DNA of 64,000 nt from Minisyncoccota bacterium (GCA_041666545.1 JBAYGS010000002.1:6065-70064); one strand, 5' to 3'; counted from the stretch's first letter, positions 1 through 11,476 are shown. A program made the numbers and translations. Notes: generated from the letters alone by a model not told the origin.

Positions 1-933
1 GATTTTCGTGTTTCAACCTTTCCGACTTATTACGGCGAGAAATTGGTGATGCGAATTCTAGACCAGCAAAAAGGTGTTCAGAAGCTCGATGAAATGGGCC
101 TGACCGAAACCAACTTGGCGATGCTGAAGCGCGCCCTGAAAAAACCTTATGGGATTATTTTAATCTCCGGTCCGACCGGATCCGGTAAATCGACTACACT
201 TTATTCGATGCTAAATGAAATCAATCGCGAGGAGAAAAATGTCCTCTCACTCGAAGACCCGGTTGAATACAATATCTCGGGGGTCAGTCAATCACAGGTC
301 AGACCGGATATCGGCTACACTTTTGCTAACGGCTTGCGTACCACTCTGCGTCAAGATCCAGATGTAATCATGGTGGGTGAAATTCGTGATAGTGAAACCG
401 CCCAACTTGCAGTCCAGGCCGCACTTACTGGTCACTTGGTGCTCTCAACAATTCATGCCAACAATGCGACCGGCATTGTTCCGCGCCTCATTGATATGGG
501 AGTGGACCCGTACCTCATCCCCCCGACTTTGATTTTGGGTATGGCCCAAAGATTGGTCCGCACTCTCTGTCCAGGTTCGGGTAAGCCGATTCCGGTTGAG
601 GGTAGTGTGAGAATGATTGTCGATAAGGAGTTTGCCGATTTGCCACCAGAATTCAGGGCCAAACTGCCGATTGGGGACAAAGTCTACGAGATGGAACCGT
701 CTCCAGAGTGTCCAAACGGCACTCGTGGCCGGACCGCAGTCTTTGAGGCTTTCGAAATGAGCAAGGAGGTGGAAAACATGATTCTAAAAAGCCCGGTAGA
801 ATCGGAGATTTTTAAAGCTGTTAGGGCCAAAGGCATGGTGACAATGCGAGGCGACGCCATTCTAAAGGCCTTTAAACGGGAAGTGCCATTTTCCGAGATC
901 AATTCACTTACTATTGATAATCTCGACCTCTAG
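1..933 (+). CDS. pilB: Type IV pilus assembly ATPase PilB/GspE family. 5' end lies outside the window; the reading frame is open from nt 1.
   Basis: Translation from nt 1 reads DFRVSTFPTYYGEKLVMRILD (PilB-like). Walker A GPTGSGKSTT, EDPVEY and the C-terminal Zn-less tail are present. First gene of a pilB-REC-pilT-pilC cluster. Confidence 0.85.
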   Translation, partial: DFRVSTFPTYYGEKLVMRILDQQKGVQKLDEMGLTETNLAMLKRALKKPYGIILISGPTGSGKSTTLYSMLNEINREEKNVLSLEDPVEYNISGVSQSQVRPDIGYTFANGLRTTLRQDPDVIMVGEIRDSETAQLAVQAALTGHLVLSTIHANNATGIVPRLIDMGVDPYLIPPTLILGMAQRLVRTLCPGSGKPIPVEGSVRMIVDKEFADLPPEFRAKLPIGDKVYEMEPSPECPNGTRGRTAVFEAFEMSKEVENMILKSPVESEIFKAVRAKGMVTMRGDAILKAFKREVPFSEINSLTIDNLDL

Positions 934-968
934 TTTTTTTACTTAACTATAAGTGCTATAATTTCCCT

Positions 969-1361
969 ATGACCAACCGTAGCTTAAAAGTTTTAATCAT
1001 CGACGACGACAAGTTTCTCCTTAATATGTATGCCCTGAAATTCAAGAAATCGGGGCTTGAAGTTAATGTGGCGACCGGTGGCAATGAGGCTATGCGGATA
1101 ATTAAAGACGGCTTCATGCCGGATATTATTCTTTTGGACATCGTGATGCCGGTGATGGATGGTTTGGAGCTGTTGAAAAATATCAAAGAGCAGAAATTGG
1201 CGCCGAACGCTGTGATCATCATGCTTACCAATCAGGGTCAACCAACCGACATCAAGAAGGCTCAAGACTTGGGCATCGAGGGATACATCGTTAAAGCCAC
1301 CACGATTCCTTCAGAAGTTTTGGACGAGGCGCTCAAGATTTATAAGGCGAATCGGGGGTAA
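969..1361 (+). CDS. Stand-alone response regulator receiver (CheY/PilH-like)
   Basis: 130 aa. REC hallmarks: IIDDD, phospho-acceptor D in LLDIVMPVMDG, and a downstream K. Located between pilB and pilT. -10 GCTATAAT lies 7 nt upstream of the ATG. Confidence 0.8.
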   Translation: MTNRSLKVLIIDDDKFLLNMYALKFKKSGLEVNVATGGNEAMRIIKDGFMPDIILLDIVMPVMDGLELLKNIKEQKLAPNAVIIMLTNQGQPTDIKKAQDLGIEGYIVKATTIPSEVLDEALKIYKANRG

Positions 1362-1457
1362 TTAACACGACACGAATTACGAATTAGCTCGAATGACACT
1401 AATGAAGAAAACAGATTCCAAGTTCCATTCGTGTAATTCGCATGCATTCGTGGATTA

Positions 1458-2537
1458 GTGTCGCATTGTCATATGGATTACAAAAAAGAATTGGCAGAAC
1501 TTTTGGGGACAGTAATGTCGGAAGGCGGGTCGGATTTGCATTTGTCGGAAAATCGCCAGCCAACAATTCGTGTTTCTGGTGCTCTAATTCCGCTTCTGCG
1601 TAAAGAAAAGCTAGCCAAAGCCGATGTGAAGGGTTTGGTTAAAGAGCTTTTGTTGCCGGAAAATTTCGAGAAATTTTTTGCCGAGAAGGAAATTGACTTC
1701 TCCTATGACTTTGAAGGCAAAGCCCGTTTTCGTGGCAACTGCTTTTTTCAGCAGGGCGCGGTGAGTATCGTTCTGCGTCTAATCCCAAAGCAAATCAGGA
1801 CTTTTCAAGAATTGAATTTGCCGCCAATTCTCGAGACATTTTCTCAAAAGCAACAAGGCTTTTTCTTAGTAGTTGGCCCGGTTGGTCAAGGTAAATCAAC
1901 CACGCTAGCCGCTTTGATTGAAAAGATTAATCAAGACCGAGCCGAGCACATCATCACCATTGAAGACCCCATTGAATATGTTTATGAGCCGAAGAAATCA
2001 ATCGTTGACCAACGAGAAGTGCGTAGTGATACGGCCGACTTTGGCACGGCACTCCGAAGCGTTTTCCGCGAAGATGTGAATGTGCTTTTGATTGGAGAAA
2101 TGCGCAATGCCGAGACAATTTCCACGGCTGTGACGGCGGCCGAGACCGGCCACTTGGTGCTTTCAACCTTGCACACCAATACCGCTGCGCAGACTGTTGA
2201 CCGCATCATCGACTCTTTTCCGGCCGAGCAACAAAATCAAATCAAAAACCAACTGGCCGGTAGTTTGATTGGTATCTTTTCCCAGCGCCTAATTCCAAGA
2301 ATTTCTGGCGGGTTGATTCCGGCCTATGAATTGCTCATCAACAACAGCGCGATTGCCAACTTAATCCGTGAGTCTCGAGTCCACGAAATCAATACTGTCA
2401 TTGAGACCAGTTTAGGGGAGGGAATGATTGACATGAACCGCTCGCTCATGGAATTGGTGAGAGCCGGCGAGATTACTGTTGAGAATGCTTATCAATATTC
2501 GCCGAATCCTAAGATTTTGAGTAAGCTTGTTTCATAA
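1458..2537 (+). CDS. pilT: Twitching motility / pilus retraction ATPase PilT
   Basis: 359 aa. Walker A GPVGQGKSTT, IEDPIEY, and Walker B plus His box (LIGEMRN...GHLVLSTLHT) are typical of PilT. Confidence 0.85.
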   Translation: MSHCHMDYKKELAELLGTVMSEGGSDLHLSENRQPTIRVSGALIPLLRKEKLAKADVKGLVKELLLPENFEKFFAEKEIDFSYDFEGKARFRGNCFFQQGAVSIVLRLIPKQIRTFQELNLPPILETFSQKQQGFFLVVGPVGQGKSTTLAALIEKINQDRAEHIITIEDPIEYVYEPKKSIVDQREVRSDTADFGTALRSVFREDVNVLLIGEMRNAETISTAVTAAETGHLVLSTLHTNTAAQTVDRIIDSFPAEQQNQIKNQLAGSLIGIFSQRLIPRISGGLIPAYELLINNSAIANLIRESRVHEINTVIETSLGEGMIDMNRSLMELVRAGEITVENAYQYSPNPKILSKLVS

Positions 2538-2645
2538 AATACCAATCTACGAATTTTACACCAATCAACTAATATCCGAATGAAAGTCCTAATTATTTGT
2601 TATCTGTAGATTGGAATGAGATTTGTAGATTAGTATTAAAATACT

Positions 2646-3860
2646 ATGTTATTTAATTACAAAGCTTTAGACAATAAGACGGGGCAGGAATCGACTGGTG
2701 GAATCGACGCCGTGACCGTGGATGTTGCCATTTCTTCGCTCCAAAATCGTGGCCTAACCATTTCCGAAATCCATCCAGCCGAGGAAAAAGGCTCGCTATT
2801 GGCCATGGGGAGTATGAAGTTTTTCGAGCGGGTCAATAATCGCGACATAGTCATTCTCTCCAGACAAATTGCCACACTTTTCGGCGCCCAGATTTCAGCC
2901 CTCCGAGTTTTTAAACTTTTGTCGGCTGAAGTTGAAAATCATGTTTTGTCAGAAGCGCTTTCTGATGTGGCCAACGATATTCAAGGTGGTAGCACTATCT
3001 CTCGGGCCTTGGGAAAACACCCAAAAATTTTCTCTGAATTTTATGTGAACATGGTCAAGTCGGGTGAAGAGTCGGGCAAACTCGATCAGACCTTTTTATA
3101 CTTGGCCGAATACTTGGATCGCAGTTATGAGATCAGCTCCAAGGCTCGGAACGCCCTGATTTACCCGGCCTTCGTCGTGGTGACCTTTATTGTTGTTATG
3201 ATTTTGATGCTCACGATGGTGATTCCGAAGGTAAGCGCGATTTTGAAAGAATCCGGCCAAGCTTTGCCGATTTATACTCAAATCGTTCTTGGCATCAGCA
3301 ATTTCTTTGTTGACTATGGCTTTTTACTTCTCATTCTGTTGGCTATCGGCGGTATTTTCTTATGGCGTTACGGCCGAACTCCGGCCGGCAAGCTGGCTTT
3401 TGCCAGCGTAAAAATTTCCATTCCGGCTTTAAAAAATCTTTACATCAAGCTGTATCTCTCCAGGATTGCCGACAACATGAACACTATGCTTACCAGCGGT
3501 ATTTCCATGATTCGCGCCCTCGAATTGACTGGGGCGGTTGTCGATAATGAAGTTTATCGGCAAATTTTAAATGAGGCCTCGGTCGCGGTGAAAGGTGGCA
3601 GTTCGGTTTCAGATGCGTTGAGCAAACATGAGGAAATCCCGGGTATTATGGTGGCGATGATTAAAATTGGCGAGGAAACCGGCGAATTAGGTTCAATCTT
3701 GAAGACTTTGGCCACTTTCTACATTCGCGAAGTCAATAACGCGGTGGATACTTTAGTAGGGCTCATTGAGCCGACTATGGTGGTGGCGCTCGGTCTTGGG
3801 GTCGGCGTATTGCTATCCTCCGTTTTGATTCCAATCTACAATATTTCTTCCAGCTTCTAG
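2646..3860 (+). CDS. pilC: Type IV pilus inner-membrane platform protein PilC (GspF family)
   Basis: 404 aa. Two GspF-like repeats plus three TM segments. Follows pilT. Confidence 0.85.
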   Translation: MLFNYKALDNKTGQESTGGIDAVTVDVAISSLQNRGLTISEIHPAEEKGSLLAMGSMKFFERVNNRDIVILSRQIATLFGAQISALRVFKLLSAEVENHVLSEALSDVANDIQGGSTISRALGKHPKIFSEFYVNMVKSGEESGKLDQTFLYLAEYLDRSYEISSKARNALIYPAFVVVTFIVVMILMLTMVIPKVSAILKESGQALPIYTQIVLGISNFFVDYGFLLLILLAIGGIFLWRYGRTPAGKLAFASVKISIPALKNLYIKLYLSRIADNMNTMLTSGISMIRALELTGAVVDNEVYRQILNEASVAVKGGSSVSDALSKHEEIPGIMVAMIKIGEETGELGSILKTLATFYIREVNNAVDTLVGLIEPTMVVALGLGVGVLLSSVLIPIYNISSSF

Positions 3861-4062
3861 GCCACCGTCTGCGGTTCGTCGCGTTATCCACAAGGGTGTT
3901 CTCTCTAGCTGACAAGCTTGCTATAATACTGAATGTGGAATAAAACCTCGATTGCGAGGCTAAACAGGTCGAAGTTCCCTGAAATCTGCGCGAATTTCAG
4001 ATTTTCGCAGTTGTCAGGGAAAGTAATTATTAAAAATAGTTAGTTATTAATTAATTTAAATT

Positions 4063-4476
4063 ATGAAGAAAAATAAAGGTTTTACATTGATTGAACTTTT
4101 GGTTGTTATTGCGATTATCGGTATTCTTTCGTCGGTTGTCTTGGCTTCTCTTAACACCGCTCGAGATAAGGGTAATGATGCTGCGGTCAAATCAAACTTG
4201 ACCACCGTCCGAACCCAAGCTGAATTGTGGTACGATGATCACACCAACAGCTATACGGGGATGTGTGAGGCCGATCCGATTTTGGGCGCAATTAATGCCG
4301 CCAGAACCTCTGGAGGTAACGATGCGACCTGCGTCGTTGCTACTGATGGTAATAGCTGGGGAGCTGAAGCTCAGTTGAAGGCCAGTACCAACTTTTATTG
4401 CGTGGATAGCACCGGTAAGAGTACCACTACCGCCGCAACATCAGGACTCGCAGCTGCCACTCCGTTGTGTGACTAG
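4063..4476 (+). CDS. Type IV major pilin (PilA-like)
   Basis: Class III signal MKKNKG|FTLIELLVVIAIIGIL with Glu5. 137 aa. C-terminal Cys pair. Preceded by a long structured leader (3900-4060) containing the extended -10 TGCTATAAT. Confidence 0.8.
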   Translation: MKKNKGFTLIELLVVIAIIGILSSVVLASLNTARDKGNDAAVKSNLTTVRTQAELWYDDHTNSYTGMCEADPILGAINAARTSGGNDATCVVATDGNSWGAEAQLKASTNFYCVDSTGKSTTTAATSGLAAATPLCD

Positions 4477-4600
4477 TTTTCTAATTTAAGGAAAACAATC
4501 AAAAACCACCCGGCCTAAAACTGAAAAGTTCGGCCAGGGTGGTTTTTGATTTGGGGACAAGTTGTTTGGTCTCATTCTAGATATGCGCTAAGATGGACCT

Positions 4601-5131
4601 ATGAAAAACAAAACCACCCACTACCCACTACCCACTACCCACTATTCTGGCTTTACGCTCATCGAGCTTATCGTGGTCATCGCTATTATCGGAATTCTTT
4701 CGTCGGTCGCGATGGGATTTCTTGGCGATTCTAAGATTAAAGCGCGCGACGGGAAAAGGCTGGCTGACCTCAAGCAGATTCAACTCGCTTTGGAGCTCTA
4801 TCACGATGTTTATCGAACTTATCCGGTGACTTTGGACAAATTGATCCCACCAAATAACAGTTTCTTGCCTGAAGTCCCAGTTGATCCTGATAAACAAAGT
4901 TATATTTATGTGCCGATTGGTAGCTCTGCCGGCATTACTCCACAATGCGGTTCGTATCATCTCGGCACTTACTTAGAGAAGGCCGGTAGTAGCTACTTAA
5001 AAGTTGACCGAGACGCCACTTCCAGGAGTAGTTGTGATTCAACCAAGACTGATTTTGCCGGTAATTCCAACAAATGTGTCGCTGGGGCGGCAGAGGCTAA
5101 TCCGGAGAATTGTTATGATGTGACACCCTGA
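4601..5131 (+). CDS. Type IV pilin-like protein with long conserved leader peptide
   Basis: Leader MKNKTTHYPLPTTHYSG|FTLIELIVVIAIIGIL. Cys-rich C-terminus. The leader is encoded by a (CCCACTA)x4 heptamer array. Confidence 0.7.
   Translation: MKNKTTHYPLPTTHYSGFTLIELIVVIAIIGILSSVAMGFLGDSKIKARDGKRLADLKQIQLALELYHDVYRTYPVTLDKLIPPNNSFLPEVPVDPDKQSYIYVPIGSSAGITPQCGSYHLGTYLEKAGSSYLKVDRDATSRSSCDSTKTDFAGNSNKCVAGAAEANPENCYDVTP
4617..4644 (+). repeat. (CCCACTA)x4 heptanucleotide tandem array inside a pilin leader
   Basis: Read directly from the sequence. Encodes THYPLPTTHY. Confidence 0.8.
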
Positions 5132-5314
5132 AGAAGTTAGTAGCCCCGACGCTTTGTCTCACAAAGGTTGGGGTCCCGACTTCTGGCGTCGGGATGGGGT
5201 AGTGAGTAGTTAAAGATAAGATTTAAGAGCCCGAGGTCGCGCGGCGCGACCTCGGGCTTTGTTCTTGTTCGATTAGGTTTTTGAGCTTAAAAAGGTTAAA
5301 ATTATTTCAACCTT

Positions 5315-6139
5315 ATGTCGGTGTATTTACTCCAATTGGAAAGAGAGCGAGCGAAGATCAGAAGCCATGTCGCCCGCTTTGATGCCCATGTTCACGAAAA
5401 ACAGGGTGGAGGTTTTACTTTTATTGAACTTTTGATTTCGATTACCATCATTGGAATTTTTTCGACTATCGTTCTGGGTACTATCAATTCAGCGCGTCTG
5501 AAGGGGCGCGACTCGGCCATTAAGGAACAATTTCACAGTGTTCGAACCCAGGTCTCTCTTTATCAAATTGATAATGGCAATTATGGCACGGCCAATAACA
5601 CCGGAGGTGGCGCCAGTTGTTCCGCTTCCGGGTCGGTATTTGTGAGCACGAAGATCGCGGAGCTCTTGGCCTCAGTCCAAAACGCTTCTGGCGGGTCAGC
5701 AATTTGTGCTTCTGACCGCAGTAAGTGGGTCGCGTCTGTGCCACTTGCGACCGATGCTACCAAGTCCTGGTGTACCGATTCCGCGGGTTTTGCCGGTCAG
5801 GGTTATGCTGACACAACCTCAACGGCAATCAAATGTGTGGCGACCGATCCGGGCGGTGGAGGTGATACCACTGATTCTGATGGCGACGGTCTCACCAATA
5901 CCGCCGAAACCACTATCCATAACACTAACCCAAATTTGAGCGATACCGACGGCGACAATCTGTCCGATGGCGCCGAGGTGAATACTTATCACACCGACCC
6001 TACTCTCATGGATACCGACGGCGACGGTTTTTATGACGGGGTCGAGGTCTTAACTTTCGGCACCGATCCGCTTGATCCGAACAGTTACCCTCAAGGCGAT
6101 CCGCCTTTCGGCAGTGATAATTACAGTAGTAATAATTAA
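5315..6139 (+). CDS. Pilin-like protein with C-terminal thrombospondin type-3-like Ca-binding repeats
   Basis: GGG|FTFIELLISITIIGIF prepilin core after a long N-terminal extension (start codon uncertain). The C-terminus carries at least 3 DTDGDGxxDGxEV...TDP repeats. Confidence 0.6.
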   Translation: MSVYLLQLERERAKIRSHVARFDAHVHEKQGGGFTFIELLISITIIGIFSTIVLGTINSARLKGRDSAIKEQFHSVRTQVSLYQIDNGNYGTANNTGGGASCSASGSVFVSTKIAELLASVQNASGGSAICASDRSKWVASVPLATDATKSWCTDSAGFAGQGYADTTSTAIKCVATDPGGGGDTTDSDGDGLTNTAETTIHNTNPNLSDTDGDNLSDGAEVNTYHTDPTLMDTDGDGFYDGVEVLTFGTDPLDPNSYPQGDPPFGSDNYSSNN

Positions 6140-6147
6140 CCGACACA

Positions 6148-6954
6148 ATGAATTATCTAGTTGGCACAGCTTTTTTCCTGCTTGGTCTAATCATTGGCAG
6201 TTTTCTCAATGTCCTGATTTTGCGATATCGCACCGGCCGGACCGTGCTTGGTCGGTCCGCCTGTTTCTCCTGTGGGACGACTCTCATTTGGCAAGATCTG
6301 GTTCCGGTTTTCAGTTTTTTAGCAATTGGGGGTAAGTGTCGAAGTTGCGGTAGCAAAATTTCAATCCAGTATCCACTAGTCGAGTTCCTGACCGGCTTAA
6401 TTTTTTTGGCAGTGTTTTGGCAGGTTGGTCTTAGGTTTGGTTTGGAGTCGCTGTTCTATCTGATTTATTACCTAATCATTTGGAGCCTGTTGATTGTAAT
6501 TTTGGTCTACGATCTAAGGCATAAAATTATTCCCGACGGTTTCGTTTACACTTTTGCGATTTTGGCGTTGGTTAATTTTCTGGCCATTACACCATTTGAA
6601 CAGCTATCACAGTCTTCCGGACTTTGGGAGCTTTTGGCCGGTCCGATTTTGTTCCTGCCTTTCTTTTTGGTTTGGTCGCTGTCGCGTGGCCGACTGATGG
6701 GTTTGGGAGATGGTAAATTGGCCTTGGGTATCGGCTGGATGCTGGGACTTGCCAAGGGTGGCACAGCAATTATTTTGGGTTTTTGGGTTGGAGCAGTAGT
6801 AAGCATCATTTTGCTCATTCTCTCCAAACTCGGTTTGTCTTTGGGTGGTAAACCGCTTACAATTAAAAGTGAAGTCCCGTTTGCGCCCTTTCTAATTCTT
6901 GGAATTTTGATTGTCTTTCTAACCGGATTTAACCTATTTGCAATCGGACTTTGA
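6148..6954 (+). CDS. pilD: Prepilin peptidase PilD (peptidase A24)
   Basis: 268 aa. N-terminal CxxC...CxxC Zn motif, polytopic membrane body, catalytic Asp in the GLGDGKL context. Confidence 0.85.
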   Translation: MNYLVGTAFFLLGLIIGSFLNVLILRYRTGRTVLGRSACFSCGTTLIWQDLVPVFSFLAIGGKCRSCGSKISIQYPLVEFLTGLIFLAVFWQVGLRFGLESLFYLIYYLIIWSLLIVILVYDLRHKIIPDGFVYTFAILALVNFLAITPFEQLSQSSGLWELLAGPILFLPFFLVWSLSRGRLMGLGDGKLALGIGWMLGLAKGGTAIILGFWVGAVVSIILLILSKLGLSLGGKPLTIKSEVPFAPFLILGILIVFLTGFNLFAIGL

Positions 6955-6957
6955 AAT

Positions 6958-7596
6958 ATGGATATGCGAAAAACTACTCACTACTCACTACCCACTAATC
7001 ACTCTTCCGGGTTCAGTCTCATCGAGCTTTTAGTGGTCTTGGCCATTTTTTCTGTCATTACTGCCGTGGTGTTGGTACAAGGCAACCGTTTTGATAGCTC
7101 GATTTTGTTAACTAATTTGGCTTACGAGACGGCGCTTACTGTCCGTGAGGCCCAAGTGTACGGTATCAGTGTTAAGGGTGAAACCAGCGCTTCAGCACTG
7201 GCGTTCCAGCATGCCTACGGAGTGTATCTCAACACTCTTGATGATAAGTCGATTACCTCGTTTGCGGACCGGAATGATAATCAAGTCTACGATTCTGGCG
7301 ACAATGCCTGTGGCGGAGGAAGTAGTGAATGCTTGGATATTCTTAAAATGAGTCGCGGTAATCATCTCGGCAAGATTTGTGCCATTTCAACCGGCGTTTC
7401 GGCCACCGAATTTTGTAGCGACACTAACGGCTCATTCAATGATTTGAGCATTACTTTCAAAAGACCCAATCCGGATGCGGTTATTAAAAATGGTCTAGGT
7501 ACTTATCAAAACGCCTCGATTTATCTAACCTCGGCTGATGGCTTGGGAACCAGAGTTTTAAAAATTGAATCAACCGGCCAAATATCCATTGAATAG
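6958..7596 (+). CDS. Minor pilin / pseudopilin
   Basis: Leader MDMRKTTHYSLPTNHSSG|FSLIELLVVLAIFSV. The heptamer array encodes the leader. Confidence 0.65.
   Translation: MDMRKTTHYSLPTNHSSGFSLIELLVVLAIFSVITAVVLVQGNRFDSSILLTNLAYETALTVREAQVYGISVKGETSASALAFQHAYGVYLNTLDDKSITSFADRNDNQVYDSGDNACGGGSSECLDILKMSRGNHLGKICAISTGVSATEFCSDTNGSFNDLSITFKRPNPDAVIKNGLGTYQNASIYLTSADGLGTRVLKIESTGQISIE
6973..7007 (+). repeat. (ACTACTC)-family heptamer array x5 inside a pilin leader
   Basis: actactc actactc actaccc actaatc actcttc. Confidence 0.8.
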
Positions 7597-7633
7597 GTAT
7601 AGAGTATAAGGTATATGGTATAGAAAAAAGAAA

Positions 7634-8179
7634 ATGAAACTTCCAAAATCAAAAACTACTCACTACTCACTACCCACTAATCACTCTTCCGGGTTTACCC
7701 TCGTCGAAACTATCGTGGCAGTTTTCATTTTTACAATTGTGATGACTGTGGCGGCCGGCGCGATCCTGAATATCATCAGTGTCAGTCGGAAAGCCCAGTC
7801 GCTAAGCTCGGTAATCAATAATCTGAATTTGGCGATTGATACGATGTCTCGCGATATCAGATTCGGTACCGAATATGTCGGCAACCGCTGTGTCGATTCG
7901 ATTTGTCAGGAGATTCGATTCGTCAACAAAGACGGTGCGGAGACTTCTTATTATTCGGATAATAAGCAACTTTTTAAAAAAACCACAGTCTCCGGTGCGG
8001 TCAATACTTCTGTGGTGACGGCCAAGGAGGTTCTTCTGGAGAGGATGGATTTCTATCTGACCGATGCGACCGGCTTGATCCCCAGAGTTCTATTTGTCGG
8101 CAAAGGGGAAGTGGTAAGTAAAGGGGTGGTCCTGTCATCTTTTGATATTCAAACGACGGTCACTCACCGCACTATTTAA
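7634..8179 (+). CDS. Minor pilin / pseudopilin
   Basis: Leader MKLPKSKTTHYSLPTNHSSG|FTLVETIVAVFIFTIV. Confidence 0.65.
   Translation: MKLPKSKTTHYSLPTNHSSGFTLVETIVAVFIFTIVMTVAAGAILNIISVSRKAQSLSSVINNLNLAIDTMSRDIRFGTEYVGNRCVDSICQEIRFVNKDGAETSYYSDNKQLFKKTTVSGAVNTSVVTAKEVLLERMDFYLTDATGLIPRVLFVGKGEVVSKGVVLSSFDIQTTVTHRTI
7655..7689 (+). repeat. (ACTACTC)-family heptamer array x5 inside a pilin leader
   Basis: Identical 35-nt array to 6973-7007. Confidence 0.8.
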
Positions 8180-8191
8180 CATAAACTAAAC

Positions 8192-8776
8192 ATGCTAAAA
8201 ACTACTCACTACTCACTACTCACTACGCACTCTACAGGCTTCACTCTGATTGAGACCTTGGCGGCCGTGTCGATTTTGATGATTGCGGTCGCCGGTCCGC
8301 TAACTCTGGCCAATCGCTCCCTTAGCTCATCAATCTTTGCTAAGCAACAATTGACAGCTTCGCTTCTGGCCCAAGACTTGGCCGAGTATGTGGTGGCTGG
8401 GCGGGGTGCTAATGCCGGAAAATCCGACACGGCCTGGTTGGGCAATTTGAGTCAGTGTACCGAAGCTGACCCCTGTGGTCTCGACACTCTTAAAGGTTTT
8501 GATGTCAGTGGCAATTCTCAAGGTATGGTCCAGTGCTCAGCGCCGGATTTTGAAAGTTGCCGTCTGACTTTCAGCTCGACGAGTGGCACTTATGGTCACG
8601 ACTTGTCGATGCCGGGTAACGGCATTAACAAGTCGTCTTTCGTCCGAACTTTTGCCTTATCTTCGATTAACGATCGGGAAGCCCAAATACTTGTGAAGGT
8701 CTTGTGGGATCAGGGTATTACCAGAAGGAGTATCATTTTACGCACCAGCCTTTTCAACCTGTTCAAGGAAATTTAA
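8192..8776 (+). CDS. Minor pilin / pseudopilin
   Basis: Leader MLKTTHYSLLTTHSTG|FTLIETLAAVSILMIAV. Confidence 0.65.
   Translation: MLKTTHYSLLTTHSTGFTLIETLAAVSILMIAVAGPLTLANRSLSSSIFAKQQLTASLLAQDLAEYVVAGRGANAGKSDTAWLGNLSQCTEADPCGLDTLKGFDVSGNSQGMVQCSAPDFESCRLTFSSTSGTYGHDLSMPGNGINKSSFVRTFALSSINDREAQILVKVLWDQGITRRSIILRTSLFNLFKEI
8201..8235 (+). repeat. (ACTACTC)-family heptamer array x5 inside a pilin leader
   Basis: actactc actactc actactc actacgc actctac. Confidence 0.8.
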
Positions 8777-8785
8777 ATTTGTCTT

Positions 8786-9358
8786 ATGACCTCCAAACTT
8801 TCAAACTTCCAAACTTCAAAACTAATAACACGCGCCTCGCGTCGTTCCGGTTTTACCATGCTCTTTGCTGTTTTGATTTCAGGTGTTTTGATGGCGATCG
8901 GAATTTCAATTTTCAATATCTCAATCAAAGAAGTTCGCTTGTCGTCGACGGCGCGCGATTCCAATCTGGCTTTTTACGCTTCTGACACTGGCCGAGAGTG
9001 CGCTATTTACTGGGATATGGCCGCCAAGAAGAAACTGAACGGCACTGACGCCTACGGTTTTGCCACTTCCACCGACAATAGCGTGGCGATTATTTCTGCG
9101 GACCAGTTTAGTTGCGGTGGCCAAATTAAAGATTTTCAGATTACTGTTCGGACCAGTGATAAGGCGACCACCAAATTTACAATTCAGCTTGGGGGTGATT
9201 TCGATCTGCCTTACTGTGCTGATGTGGCCGTCACTAAGGTCAAAAATTATGATACTGACACTTTTGATACCAATATCTCCGCCCAAGGCCACAACACCTG
9301 TGATTTGACCAATCCGGTAATAATCGAGCGAGGCACAGAAGCCAATTATTCCCAGTAG
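8786..9358 (+). CDS. Pilin-like protein lacking Glu5 (PilX-like)
   Basis: ...RRSG|FTMLFAVLISGVLMAIGISIF hydrophobic prepilin-like N-terminus with no Glu at +5. The leader contains an in-frame 8-mer DNA repeat (8793-8823). Confidence 0.5.
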   Translation: MTSKLSNFQTSKLITRASRRSGFTMLFAVLISGVLMAIGISIFNISIKEVRLSSTARDSNLAFYASDTGRECAIYWDMAAKKKLNGTDAYGFATSTDNSVAIISADQFSCGGQIKDFQITVRTSDKATTKFTIQLGGDFDLPYCADVAVTKVKNYDTDTFDTNISAQGHNTCDLTNPVIIERGTEANYSQ

Positions 9359-9397
9359 TCGACCGGGTGCCAACCAGATTTTTTTCGGTTATGATAG

Positions 9398-11425
<2,028 letters not shown>

Positions 11426-11476
11426 TTTCTCAAATTGTATAAGGAGATAGTTTGTAGGGCGCACCGAAAGCATAAG

